A stretch of 64,000 bases of DNA from Chiloscyllium plagiosum (lineage: Eukaryota). A model generated the notes under the pieces. It was not told the origin of the DNA. It saw only the letters and a program-made list of their open reading frames with translations, and made no database searches. The translations under genes were made by a program, and so were the position numbers. The stretch lies in NCBI RefSeq assembly GCF_004010195.1, contig NC_057719.1, positions 53,317,445-53,381,444 of the forward strand, written 5' to 3'. The stretch's first letter is position 1, and every line of letters begins with the position of its first letter. Positions 23,221-36,199 of the stretch are shown here, piece after piece.

Positions 23221-25243
23221 GAGGCAGTCCAGAGTAGGTTCACTAGGTTCATCCAGGGTATGGGTGCATTGCTTTATGCCGAGAGGTTGAGTAGGTTGGG
23301 CCTGTAATTCTTTGGAGTTTAGAAGAATGAGAGGAGACCATTTGACCATGTTGAGATTTTTACAGAACTTGACAGGTGATATAGAAAAGTTGTTTACAGT
23401 TGTGGTAAATTCTAAGGCAAAGAGGGCATAATCTCAGAATAAGGGATCTCTCTTTTGGACAGAGATGATGAATAATTTCTTATCTCAGAGGGTACTTAAT
23501 CTGTGGAATTATTTACTACAGAAGGGTGCAGAAACTGGGTCATTAAGTATATTCAAGACTGAGATAGACAGAATTTTAATTGGTAAAGAAATCAAGGGTT
23601 ATGGAGAGACGTCAGGAAGGTGTAATGAGGATTCTCAGATCAGTCATGATCTCACAGAATGGTGCAGCAGTCTACTTCTGCTCCTATATTTTGTGGTCTT
23701 GAGGATTGAACTGGTCCAATCCCACCTTGTGTATCTGGAAATGGAACACCAAATCAGACCAGTGCTGTAATTTCTATGTTTTATTTGTTGTTTACTTTAT
23801 TTCCTTATGGTAATTAATTTTGGCCCACATTGCTGAGTGACTAAGTCCCTTGTATGGTAAATCCTTCCCTTTATCATCCCTCACTGCTGAATGACTAGGT
23901 GAAAGGAAGCCATTGTAGAGCCAGAGTGAACATGTGAAAAAAGCAAGCATGAATATGAGCATCTCTGTTGACACAACTTTCATTTCTTTAGCAGCTGTAT
24001 TTGATCATTGACCATGCATAGGCCACACCCAGAATTCTTCCAATACCACAGAACCTCTCATAATCTGATCTTTGAGAGAAAGGTTTCCTAATAGCGCCAA
24101 AAAGGGATTGTTTCTTATTAGACAATTCACGAGGCAGAAACCTGTAACTGGAGCCTACCTGCCTCTCCTGTTCCCCTGTTACACTTAGGCTTCTGTACAC
24201 CTCCCAAGACAAACCCAACATTACCCCATTACTATGTCCAATCATCCTGGAGCTTCTAACCATCATCATTAATCTGCCCTTACTTTCCCTCAACCCTCTC
24301 TCAGAGACCATTGGTCTACAAAAGAACCTGCCCTATTTCAAAGGCGTGCTCCTTTCCATCACTGCTGATCTGCCATATATGGTGAGTTGCTTTCAATGGG
24401 CACAAAGGGTGAGACCACTGCATTATCAGACCCTAGCATAATAGGACTGATCGCCCTTCAGACAGTTCTGCTGCCCTGCCCCTAAACATGCCTTACTGTG
24501 TTTTCTGAACATTAATGTACCCTCTTGCAAGCCCACACACTGTGCCCTTTGAGAACTGAAAAATCATGGTCTCTGCCGTACCTGCTTTCTTCCCTTGTGC
24601 TGTTGAGTTAGACAAAGACAGAACGTTGCTGGGTGTACCCAACTTTGAACTATCAGGAAACAGGAGGATCAAGTTACCCATGTGCCACTTACTTACTTTT
24701 GCTGTGCTAATGAGTATCCATGGCATGCTACTTTACCACTGACAAGCTGGCACCTTTTTCCACTAAACTCAAGCCCAGGGCAGGAAGTAAAAATGTCAGC
24801 ACATGCTTTGTGAAGTTTCCCTACCCATCACATTTGCAGTTCTGACTAGTATCATTAAATCTCACCAAAATTTTCAGTTCAGGACAGAAGAGTTCTGGCC
24901 TGTCCATCTTTTCCAAATTGATATTGCCTCACAGTTTGTTACCATCGCTGTTAAAAATATTGTGACCTCTCAAGTGCCTCTGAACATTTTTTAATACAAG
25001 CAGCAGAATGGCTCTGACTCCAAGAGCATGATACGGTGCTTCTGCTGCCAATCTCTTTGGTGTTCGCAGCAGGTTTCCTCTTCTAGTTGCTAGGGAGTAA
25101 TCCCTTCCCCCAGCTCCTCACTGCTCCCAGCTCTACTTATGGAGGAGGCATTAAAGCAAAGCTCAATCCTAATTCTTCATTTGAAGTATTACTTCCATTG
25201 CTTCCAACTTCAGATTTCTCCAAATTGGATCTTCAGTTTGGCC

Positions 25244-25832
25244 GTTTAAATAATTAAATCTTCACTCACTGTCAGGAAGCAGTGAACGTTGGAGGAAAAT
25301 GATAATGAGGTGACTATTTTAAAAACCATTGCTGGATGCACTAAATTTAGCTTTCAGTTTTCTCTATGATATCAGAACCAACCTCTGCACTACCTCTCCC
25401 TGTACTCCTAGCTTATCTCTGTAAATACCAGTAGTGTCTGGGTGAAAACAATATAATGATCACTTTTCAGGTGCTTGAATCTGTAAAATATCTTTTTACT
25501 AGATATTCATTTCTTTTACTGTAAACAATCATACTAATTTAATTACCTTGCCTGCTTTTATTCATTGTTCTTTCTCACTTGAACTGATGTGGTTACTTGG
25601 ACAACATATGACCATGGGTGAAATGAAGTCAAAATAGTAAATGTATACTGCTGGTATTCACAGAGATATGCTGGAAGTACAGGGAGAGGCAGTGCAGAGG
25701 TTGGTTCTGATATCATAGAGAAAACTGAAAGCTAAATTTAGTGCATCCAGCAATGGTTTTTAAAAGTGGTCATCTCATTTTCATTTTTCTCCAATGTTTC
25801 CTGACAGTGAGTGAATATTTAATTATTTAAAC
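25244..25832. repeat. Long inverted repeat (arms 25244-25437 and 25645-25832), MITE-like
   Basis: Arms are near-perfect reverse complements, e.g. aaaaaccattgctggatgcactaaatttagctttcagttttctctatgatatcagaaccaacctctgcact. Confidence 0.9.
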
Positions 25833-26339
25833 TTAAATGAACTCCTTAAGATGAAGAATTGGTCAGCAGTTGGAGCAGTCGATGATTGATAGGCGCAGTT
25901 GGTGCCAATGGCCAGGGATCAAGTCAGATGGCAGTCAGGTTGAGGCAGACAAATATTGTTTGGCAAGGTTGGATGGTGATGAAAGGATCAGGAGTTGAAA
26001 AGGGAGTGGGCGGCAGACAATTCATTGTTAACTGGATTATTGATGAGCTTGGAGGAAATACTTTTGTTCTTCCTAGACCATAGCCACTTACTTCACAGAT
26101 TCAACATTTTTCACTTTCTTTGAACTTTTAAAATTCCTGGGGTCCTGGAAACCTAGCTAACTGCATTTAAAAATAGAAAGAGGGTTGTTAAACTCAAGGT
26201 GCCCAGCTTGTCCCTGGTCCTACTTCTGCTGAATCTGATTTGGACAGGCTTGAGCCCAGTTTGTTTCCTATTTCAGATTTCTTGTTTTTTTTCATCTTCA
26301 ATTGGTCTCAAACCATCCATTTTTAAAATTTAATACTCA

Positions 26340-26650
26340 GTTCAAAGTATCAGTTCTGTGTAGAGGATTGCTTTTCATCAGGAAACATAACTTAAGTAGG
26401 CCATTTAGTTTTTAATATTCTTTTGCTCTGTCATGCTGTTGACTAAGTTTGATATTCTTAATCATAGCCTTGAAAGCAATCTATTGAGTTTTTACAGTCA
26501 ACTGCCACTGTATTTATAAAACCATCAATTTTCAACTTCATAGACTTTATTCACTAAACCTCTCCTCTTTTAATAATAAATTATTCATCCACCTAACATT
26601 TCATTTTGCAAAATCTTGATAGTAGGATGAATGAGAAGATAACTGGTGCA
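26340..26650 (-). pseudogene. Decayed LamG-like exon relic
   Basis: NVRWMNNLLL.../MKLKIDGFINTVAVDC, with stops. Confidence 0.25.
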
Positions 26651-27011
26651 TGTTCAAAAATGATTAACGCTAGTTATTATTCATTATATTCTGGCACAGA
26701 ATCAAATGATATTAAAATGAAATAGATGCAGACATACACAATATTCATAACTAAAAAGTAAATGCTTACTCCATAATACTTACACTTGCTGATATCTGTC
26801 AGTTTAGTGCTATATGCCTATAAAATGTCAAGGATCACATAATTCCAAAAGAGTAACTCTGAGGTAATGATTAAAAATAGTTTTTAAAAATGTGCTTGTT
26901 TTTAACTCTGTTGTACACCTGTGAAAAAGTAGAGTTGAGCCTCCAAAGGTACCCAATGCACCATGTTTTGAAGAGATAACATCTTGATTTGCATTGCACA
27001 TTTAAATTGGA

Positions 27012-27355
27012 GGCATAGAATCCCTACAGTGTGGGAGCTGGCCACTTGGCCCATCCATACCCATCCTCCAAAGTGCATCCCACCCACACCCACTCCCATT
27101 CCCCTATTCCTGTAACTCTGCATTTCTTATGGCTAATTCACCTCGCTTGCAAATCCTTGGACACTACAAGGCAATTTAGCATGGCGAATCCATCTAACCC
27201 AAAAATCTTTGCACTGAAACCACAGCACCCAGAGGAAATTCACACAGACATAGGGAGAATGGCAAACTCCACATCTAGACAAGTCGCTAGAGGCTGGAAT
27301 TGAGCTCGGGTCCCTGGTGCTGTGAGGCAGCATTAAGCCACTGTGCCATGCATGT
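27012..27355 (-). mobile_element. HE1/V-SINE-type SINE, older copy
   Basis: Similar to 14365-14683; degenerate A and B boxes. Confidence 0.8.
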
Positions 27356-28529
27356 CCTAAGCTTCCATTTGGAGATCTCACTATTGTCATGACCAATTCT
27401 AAGTTGCCCACAATTAATATTTTTGTATGTAGATTTGTATATTTATTATCCTTTGAGTGAGAGTCAATTTTAAATGACTCACGAGCAAGCCTTTGGCCAT
27501 AAAAGGTTTTTTTTTCCACATCTTTGCCTTGGACATTACTAAGAAACTGTGGGTGGAATTTTATCTTCCCTGGAATAGGGTGGGCAATGCCAAGAAAGTT
27601 GGGATAGTACAGAAAAAAACGAGAAAAATTAGAACCTTAAATTTGACAAAAAATTTGCTATTTTCCCCTTAAGCTTTAATTGGTGACTACCTTATTATGA
27701 TGCATTTTTATCTTATTATTAGCGGAAACTGCTTAACTCATATGGCCCTTGCCTCCTTCCATGAGAATCTAGATAGCAGTATTTTCTAACGTAAGAGTCA
27801 GAGTGACTATCTGGTGGCAGCTGCCCACTGTTTGTTTGTCTGGGCCTTCGCCCAATTCTGTCTTAATGACAATGTCCTTGCATGCTCCATGGACACCATC
27901 CTCCCTCACTGTTCATCCCCATGAGTTGGCATCTGCCAACCACCAGCCTCACTACATCATCATATCCGCTCTCAGTCCAAAGAGTGCTCTCTAAGAGCAC
28001 TTCACATTGGAACTCAGGGACACCTACAACTGCCATTCTCTGGCAGTTTGTTTTGAGAGCAGGGACAAAATCCATCTCTTGCATCTACACAGTTTGCATC
28101 TTATAAATTTTAACTTATTTTCTTAGTGCTCACTGACTTTACACTTACTGAGTAGCTGCTAGCTTCAGTGGCTTGTGTTGCGTTCTGGCATAGAAGGGGA
28201 GACAGGAAGCTTATCATGTTTGTGATCACTGAACCATCAGGATGGCAATGTTACTGCATGGTATCGTGCTATATCGATGTCACGCCTACACTGTGATGAT
28301 ACTATGGCTTGAAGAGGTGTATTTTGTCCTTTTTCTTAAGAGAAGTTTTAGGGCAGAGATGACAAGCAGTTTGTGCAGAGCCATGAGAGTAAGCAGCCTG
28401 TGAGGACTTGAGCTCTTTTGTTTGCAAAAGTTGGAACATTAGAAGCAGCCTGGATGGATGGAGGGATCAAATAAGATGGCAGTCAGGTTAAGGCAGACAA
28501 ATATTGTGTGGCAAGGGTTGGATGGTAGT

Positions 28530-29365
28530 TTAACAGCTGTATTAGTGTGTTGAGTTTATGGGCTTCCATGTTGCCAAGAGGTCTGAGTAGTCTGGTAGTC
28601 ATTTCTGAGATGTCTTTGTTGTAGGGGAGAGTGGCTAGGGTTTCTGAAGGTGTTTTGTCTGCTTGTTGGAGTTTGTTGCTGAGAAGTCGGTGGACTGTGT
28701 TCATTGGGTACCTGTTCTTTTCGAATACACTATATAGATGATTTCCTCTGCTCTGTGTAGTTCCTCTGTGCTGGGGTGTCTAGTGGCTGGTTGAAATAAT
28801 GTTCCACCAACACACTAAAGCAGCAGCTAATGAACTTGAAAGACCCTATACAGACAACAAACAAAGTTAATGTCATTTTCAAAATACCTTGCAAGAACTG
28901 TAACAAACACTACATTGGAAAACAAGCAGAAAACTAGCCATCAGGATACATGAACACCAATTAGCCACAAAAAGACATGACCTACTCTCATTAGTATCCT
29001 TACATACAGATGAGGAAGGATACCACTTCGATTGGACAACACATCCATCCAAGGACAAGCCAAACAGTGACAGATGCGAGAATTCCGAGAAGCATGATAT
29101 TCCAAATGGAACGTTATCAACGAATACATCGACTTGGATCCCATTTACCACCCGCTGAGAAAAACAACAGGAAATTACATCACTATGGGAAATGATGTCA
29201 CCACAGGAAATGACATCACCCCAATTCAAAGAAACCTAAACACAAATATAGAAAGCGGGCCATGCCACCAGTGTTTCATCTGGAGGCTCACTGATGATGT
29301 TACCTAGTATGGTGACAAAATGTCTGAAAATGAACCTTTCAGCTCAGCGAGCAAACCTACATCCA
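28530..29365. mobile_element. Third-family PLE 3' part with a 5' inversion (GIY-YIG plus HHR)
   Basis: Minus 28530-28803 reads LATLPYNKDISEMTTRLLRPLG. Plus from 28869 reads NVIFKIPCKNCNKHYIGKTSRKLAIRIHEH. HHR-like motif at 29288-29327. Confidence 0.85.
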
Positions 29366-31539
29366 TATTAGAAGGGGTGTTGGCCTGGTTCATAACAACA
29401 ACATGTAGCAAACATTGTCTGTGCTTCAACCAAATAGCCACATCTAGCAGTGTCGGCAGTGACAAGCAGTTCCACCTCTTCTCCATGAGACTGATGCTGA
29501 AGAGTCCATTTTTCAGAAGATGACAACCATTGCACCAATTAATGCATTGCTGTGACATTATCCAAAAATGAATGCTGAGCCAAAGACTGAGTTATTGGGG
29601 TACATTGGTGCTATAGGGCCAGAAAGAGGATATTCTGTGTTTGTGCACATACTGACGTGATGGAGAAAAGAAGGAAATAATGCCAGTCTCTCCAGAGTTC
29701 AACATGACCCCATTGACCTCTGGATTTAAACAGTGTGTAGTTCAAAGCATGTGGGAAATCTCAGTGAAATAGACATATGGGTGATTATCATATACAAGTT
29801 AAGTGACGAATAATTGAAAAGGTAATTCTGCATCTTAGGTTTAAGTATTAGCACACCAATTTCTCAGGCTGCCTGATCTTCGTTCGGGTCAAAAAAGCAA
29901 GAACACATTGGGAATTAAAAGGTCTGTGGAACTGACGGGATGGAAATTCTTTAATGCTGTACCAGGACAGCTGCTTCCTTGTCACAGTAAAAGGCTTTTA
30001 CTCACAGGATTTGTTCAAGACTGTGGTGTTGCTGTTTTGCCAGGAATCTCGCACAATTTATAAGTCATTTCTGCTACCTTGGATGTTTTGCTGTATTGAT
30101 ATAGGTACGCACTTCACAGCAGTCAGCATGAGAGCTGATAATACTGCTCTGCATTGGACCGCTGATGAGATGCAAGAGAATCTGCACCAGCAGCAGCAAC
30201 ACCACCATAGGGACCAGTAGCAACAACGTCAGGAGAAGTAGCAGCTTTCTTCTCTTTAATCTGCATCCCCTCTTCCACAGGGCAGAGGGGATGAATACAG
30301 TGCTCCAGCTTAAAGGTAGTGACACCCCAGCAGAAGGTCGCTGGCAGAGGATCAGCTTTCTGGCATCACAGAGCACCACTACCTCAGGAGGCTCAGATTT
30401 TCTTGGCATATTATTGTTGACAACAGTTACTCTCTGGATCAAGTGCCCTTTAATTCCCACTGGGGCAGGTAGGCACATATTGCCAGTGGCCCAGGGAGTG
30501 ATTGAGGATTGACAAAGCTTCATTAACTTTATTTTTGCTGCAAACCTCAGACCAATGTTTACATTATCATCAGTGTAAATATTTAGACTGAACCCTATTC
30601 AATCAGCTGTTAGTTTTCTTAAAATATATTTTCCTAAAATGGCCTGTTACAACTCAGGGAATGAATAAATAATTGACTACACAAGTAACTAAATTGATGG
30701 TAAATGTCAAGAGTTGATTTAAGCCAGTAACATACACAATTCTACTGTCTTATTATCAAAAGATAGCAAATGCGGTAGTAATAGGGAATTTTGACAGAAA
30801 CATCTCAGGATTTCATCTGTGATTTTCTTCAACTATTTTCAAAATGTGTGAGTGAAAATAGAAACAGATTAGTGGAAGACACTTTCAACTGAAAGCTTTT
30901 AGCATTAAACTGGTCCAACAGCAATAGCCCATAAATGAGATAACCTTTGTGGAGCTTTAACCATCAATTGATTTATTCTTTAGCTATCTCCTTGATGAAG
31001 CAGATAGAACACAATACAAAGCCACATAACATGAAAAATGACAGACTAACTGATAAAATACAATTTTTAAATGTCAGTATGAAACAGTGAAATCTGTCAC
31101 AGGGGAAAAATATAGGATTGACAGCAAACAATTTGATGCTGCACCATATAGCCATCTCATAAATAGCAAACATTGTAAATATTACTTACATTTTATACTT
31201 CCTTCTTCTCAATCTTCACATTTTTAAACTGAATCTTAATTTGGTTTATAAAGCCAATACCAAATAGTACTAAGTACACCTTACATTAAAACAGGATGCT
31301 AAATTTAATTACAGAATGAAATTCAACTTCACTAAAATCACCACATCAATTGAAACCTCATGGTGCGAATCATGTCTGATTTCCATCCCATCTTACCACA
31401 TGCCATTCCTGGAGAAACTCTCCACTCAATGGAGGTCCTCCATAAAACCAGCATCTCTTTTTGCAGCCAAGGTCCACAGTGCACCAACAAGAGAACTACC
31501 ATCTCAAAGGTGTGCTGCTTGACTGTGAAAGGAGTGAGA

Positions 31540-31760
31540 GGAGTGAGGAGAGAAGGGGATACTGGCACTTCTAAGGAGAACCCACAGTTCCTTGTGAACA
31601 TAATGATGGAAAAGAGAGCAGTCCTCTGCCTGGAGGATCAGCAAAGGACACCAAACGTGTGGCCAGAGACCACCACCTGGGTTAGTTCCATCTCTGGGGT
31701 GGACTGAGGGACCGAGCACGAGGAAGGTCAGTGATCTTCTCTATTCTGCCAGGGTAACTG
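31540..31760 (+). mobile_element. Harbinger-type Myb/SANT gene fossil
   Basis: FLVNIMMEKRAVLCLEDQQR...WPETTTWVSSIS...RKVSDLLYSAR, followed by a GTAA donor. Confidence 0.5.
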
Positions 31761-32189
31761 CAAAGTTCTGCTCACGTCTTCCTTACATTTACCTGTGTCA
31801 TCAAAGCTTCTGCTTTGACATCCCTGACGCTACATGGAACACCACCTTTCACTTACTCTTGTTTCCCCAAAGCTTCCCACAGCACTAACCCTGCATGCCT
31901 TCCTCACTCCCTCAGAAAACCTCATCATTCCTCCCCCAGCTGTGGCCACCTACTTGTTTCCTTTAATTATACCATTACAGGAAAAGATATCCCAAAACAG
32001 TTCAGAGCAACATAGGACCAGTGCTGCATGCCTGTGTTCTCAGCCCTTCTGTGGAAAGTCTGCTTGCACTGGCAACAGAAGACACAGGATTCTCTGAGAG
32101 GAATGGGAGACATCCATGACCTGACCCCCACGTAAGTGACACTTCTCATCCCCCTGGACCAGATACATTAACTAGGCATTGATCATCAC

Positions 32190-32405
32190 TAAAATAAAGC
32201 AACTAACTGTGGATGTCGGAAATTTGAACAGAAATTACTGGAGAAACTCAGCATGTCTCACAGCCCTATGGAGAGAAAGTACAGTTAACATTTCAAGTCC
32301 AGTCCGTTCTGAAGAAGGGTCACTGGATTTGAAACATTAGCTCTGGTTTCTCTCTGTGGATACTACTGACCTTCTGAGTTTCTCCAGCAGTTTCTATTTT
32401 TGTAT
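32190..32405. mobile_element. Old fold-back of the second PLE family
   Basis: Inverted arms meet at ~32303, next to ctgaagaagggtcactggatttgaaacatt. Confidence 0.7.
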
Positions 32406-32759
32406 CTTACACCATTACTAATCTAATGCATCTATATCTTGTCCTTGTCTAGCAGTGACTCTCCCTCACTTTTAGAATGTCCTTCCAATCTCTTTCATAA
32501 CATTCTAACTTACATTATATTGATTATAACTCTCCAGCAGTGTGCTTCCATTCTACTCGTTCTAACGTCCAGCACACATATCTCTGATTAAATCAAAGTA
32601 GCATCATGTACATCAACAACATGAACATTCCATTTTCCTTGAAGCAAGGTGACTAGATTATTTTTCAAACTGTCATTTTGTGTTGTGAGTAGCAAAATTT
32701 GCCTTGCCTAAAAGTACAGAAATCTTGTTACAATTATACAGGGCGTTGGTAAGACCATT

Positions 32760-32940
32760 GTCGAGAGTATGGTGCTAGAAAATCACAGCAGGTCGGGCAG
32801 TATCTGAGGAGCAGGAGAATCGATGTTTTTGCCCGAAACATCGATTCTCCTGCTCCTCGGATGCTGCCTGACTTGCTGTGCTTTTCCAGCACCACACTCT
32901 CGGCTCTGATTTCCAGCGTCTGCAGTCCTCACTTTCTCCA
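32760..32940. mobile_element. Fold-back mini-PLE
   Basis: Arms meet in HHR stem II at ~32828; imperfect TSD ttggt(a/g)agac(c/t)at. Confidence 0.8.
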
Positions 32941-33799
32941 TTGGTGAGACTATACCTAAAGCAGTGTGTGTTACACCTCAAGCTGAAGGACCAAAATTCA
33001 CAGATGTACCTATATTTCATCATTTAGTTCATGCTGATGGTTAACTTTTGAGCATGTACTATCTTACATAGGTTGAGTTAATGTTGTAAACAACATGCAA
33101 AACATTAAACCCAAGTATTGGAATGCATTTGGTTATCATTATGTTGTGTTTACTATTTTGTACGCTTTTTAAAGTGGACATATGCTTGCATTCAGCAGTT
33201 CAAGATAGCTCACTAAGTTGATTCATGGAATGAACATGTTTTCTCATAGGGAAAAGTTGACTCAGTAGATCTTCCACTAAAGTTTAGAAGAATGACAATT
33301 AGAAATTACTAATACATGTAGAATTCTGGTGATGCTTGACGCATTAGATAGATAGAAGTTATTTCCTATTTTGGGGGAAGCTAGAACTAAGTGACTCAGT
33401 GTCTGAATAGGGAATGTTACCATTTAAAATGGAAATGAAGAGGAATTTATTCTCTGAAAGGTTGGAATTTTCTACCTAATTGTCCAGTGGAGTGCAGGCA
33501 CAATCCAAACAGCCATGGTCTACTTGAATGGTGCTTACTGAATGGTCTACTCCTGCTCTTATTTCTTATGTTTAGTCTAACAACAGAAAGCGAGACTCTG
33601 TCTCTCCTAAACAAAGATGAAAATCCTAAAGCAGAACCAGCAGTGAGGATCTCTCACCCTGTCTTGGTTGAACTATTGTGAGGACCTGATTAGATTAAAT
33701 ATTGGAATTTCTAACTGACTCTCATCTGCATTCATGTCTGATGTGGAGACTTTGTTGGTTCTATGGCTGTCAGCATTTCAATCTTGTCTGCATTTCTCA

Positions 33800-34395
33800 A
33801 CCAGAAATCCACAGCTCTTATGAAAATATCCAAAATGGTGGTGGAGTTGGACTGCTCAGCTGGAAGTTGTCTGCTTCGTCCATTTCTTTTTTTCTCTTTT
33901 GTGTTGTTTTTCCCTCTTTCTTCTCAGCGATGTCCTGAACTCACGGCCACAGTGTGGGCCTGGCATGGAGATCTCTCAGCCCGGCATGGAGATCTCTTGG
34001 CCTGGTTGGAGATCTCTCCGTCGGACATAGCGATCTCTTGGTCTAGTGTGGCCTCAGTGTGGACTTCTGGCCTTGAGACGATTCTAGAGGGGTCTCCTGG
34101 CCTAGAGAGCCTCAAGGTGAAGCTCAATGCTGTCTGGAGTCTAGGTACTGACATGGACTGGGTTGGAAGGAATGTTATTCTGAATTTCATATTTCTTTAT
34201 TTTTCTAATTTATTCCTATGCTGTATAATGCTGGATGTTTTATTTCTTTATTTTTGTAATTTTCTTCCCCGTAAGAATTTGTACTTAAGAATCTGTACCG
34301 AGGTACCTTTGCACCTAAAATGGCACCTTAAGTGGCAACTTGTAAACTTCACTTTACACGTGAGTACATGTGATAATAAAACTTAACCTAATTCC
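33800..34395 (+). mobile_element. Non-autonomous retroelement with a Rex/Babar-like tail and internal ~21-bp tandem repeats
   Basis: About four copies of ggcatggagatctct.. at 33961-34043; 3' end gtacatgtgataataaaactt. Confidence 0.5.
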
Positions 34396-34699
34396 AAAGA
34401 AATCCCATTTTTTAATCTTTTGAGTTTGGGCTCTTGGTATTTTTTCCTTTTTGTTCTTTTATAAACTCGCATCATCTCTATGGAGTTGTATTGCTTTGTC
34501 TGTCATGTGATTACGTATTTTTGCGATAAAGAGGAAATGCCTAAATATTGCATTGTAGCGTCATTGTTAACCAGTTTTGCCTTTTATTGTAAGAATAACT
34601 TCTGCTTCTAACAAGCAAGATTTTTTGAGTTTATAAAATAAACTTTGTTGAAGTCTCTTTATTATTCTAAATAACAGCAATAAAGAAAAACACATTGAC

Positions 34700-34845
34700 C
34701 ATTTTGGTAATTAAATAAGATAGTTACAGTTTGGTTTGTCTTGTGGAATATTGGGGCTTGATTTTGAGTGTACTTCTCATGTTGGCATTGTAATAATATG
34801 GAGGTGTTGCCAGAGGACAAGAGAACTGCAATTATTACATGCATC
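34700..34845 (-). pseudogene. LamG-like exon relic
   Basis: Acceptor tttttttcaaaag; open frame MHVIIAVLLSSGNTSILLQ...FNYQNG. Confidence 0.3.
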
Positions 34846-36199
34846 CTTTTGAAAAAAAGTACACAAATAAATAAACTGTGTACCAATCAGTTTAATCTTG
34901 CAACAGAAAGGCATTATAGGAATAATAATTCAAGACAAAATTGACAGTTACTTTGGCAGATATGGATTAGCCGAGGAAAGCTGATATTGATTTAATGAGG
35001 AAAATCACATTTAACTAACTTGCTTTAAATTTTTTAAATGAGGTTAAAATCATAAACCACCTGGTTATAGACCAACAGGTTTATTTGCAAGCGTCGCTTC
35101 CGGAGTGCTGCTCCTTCATATAGATGAAATGTGGTTGGAATTCCAAAAAGGCATCTTATAAAATGCCACACAACACATTTGTGAGGAAAATAGGAGTTCA
35201 TGGAATTAAAAGGACATTGTGAACATGTCCAAGGTTGGTTGTGACCGGAAGCAGAGCCTTAAGCTGAATACATGACATGGATCATAAAAGCAAAGAAGGT
35301 ACAATGGGCCTTCATAAAGTTTTGTTTTGGCCCTAAGTGGAGAGTATTTTGTGTTTAATTCTGAAATATACTGCTTGAAGAGTGGTGATAGGTTTGAGGG
35401 TGATGAATCTGTGGAACCCACATTGCCACAGAAAGCTGTGGAGATTGGCTTTTGATTAGTAAGGAGATCAAAGATCATGGGGAGAAGGCAGGACAATGGG
35501 GCTCAGAAACGTGGCAGCCACAAGCAAGTGCTGGAGAAGGCTCACTAGGCTGAATGGCCTAATTCTGCTACTGGAGCTTATGATCTTGTGGTCTGAGGAC
35601 AGCAAATTCAGTGGCATTCCAAAGGTAATCAGATCAGTACTTAAACATAAAAAACATGAGGCAGTGGGGGAGAAAACAAAAACAAGGAAATATAACTAAC
35701 TGAGCTGCTTTTGCACAGAGCTAAAATGGACTCGTCGGGCTGAATGATCTCCTTCTATACTGTAACCATTCTATGATCCCAGTGTAGTTTTCTTTTTAAT
35801 CTTAATGAACTGTGTCACTGCATTTCTACTGCTAGGTTCTTGTATTTCTGAACAACATTTAGATATTTATTTTCAAAGGAAGGCTACCTGCTTCTTCCAA
35901 TAAAATTCACTCCCTCATACTTAGCTATGTTTCACTTCATTTGCCAATTACAGATGTGAAATCTGTACAAATAGTAAGTGGCAATTTTCACTGGATATTT
36001 TTCAAATGTAGCGTGTTGCTGAGGTGACCTAACTGGACTGTTCAGCAGGAATGTCAGTCTCCTCCACAATTAGTGAAAAATAACGTAAAGGAGTTGAACA
36101 TGTAAGAGAATGGCTACCTGGAAGACTATCAATTTCTTGCTGAGATGCCCTGAGAATGCTCCAGGCACTAAAAAAATTCAACTCTACAGAAAGCCTACA

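Larger units (their letters stand above)
21945..23700 (+). mobile_element. CR1 LINE RT and 3' end with two nested insertions
   Basis: VDIIFLHFQKTFDNVPH, SGVLQESMLG, TKFADDSKI, FLSQRVLNLWNYL. Confidence 0.85.

Noticed and set aside
29954..30523. Poly-Gln/His ORFs as a gene exon
   Set aside because: Short CAG/CAC low-complexity tract with overlapping ORFs on both strands, more like a decayed DNA-transposon region. No consistent splice context.
33763..34386. 207-aa ORF as a real protein
   Set aside because: It lies wholly within a repeat-like element with tandem units and low-complexity segments.
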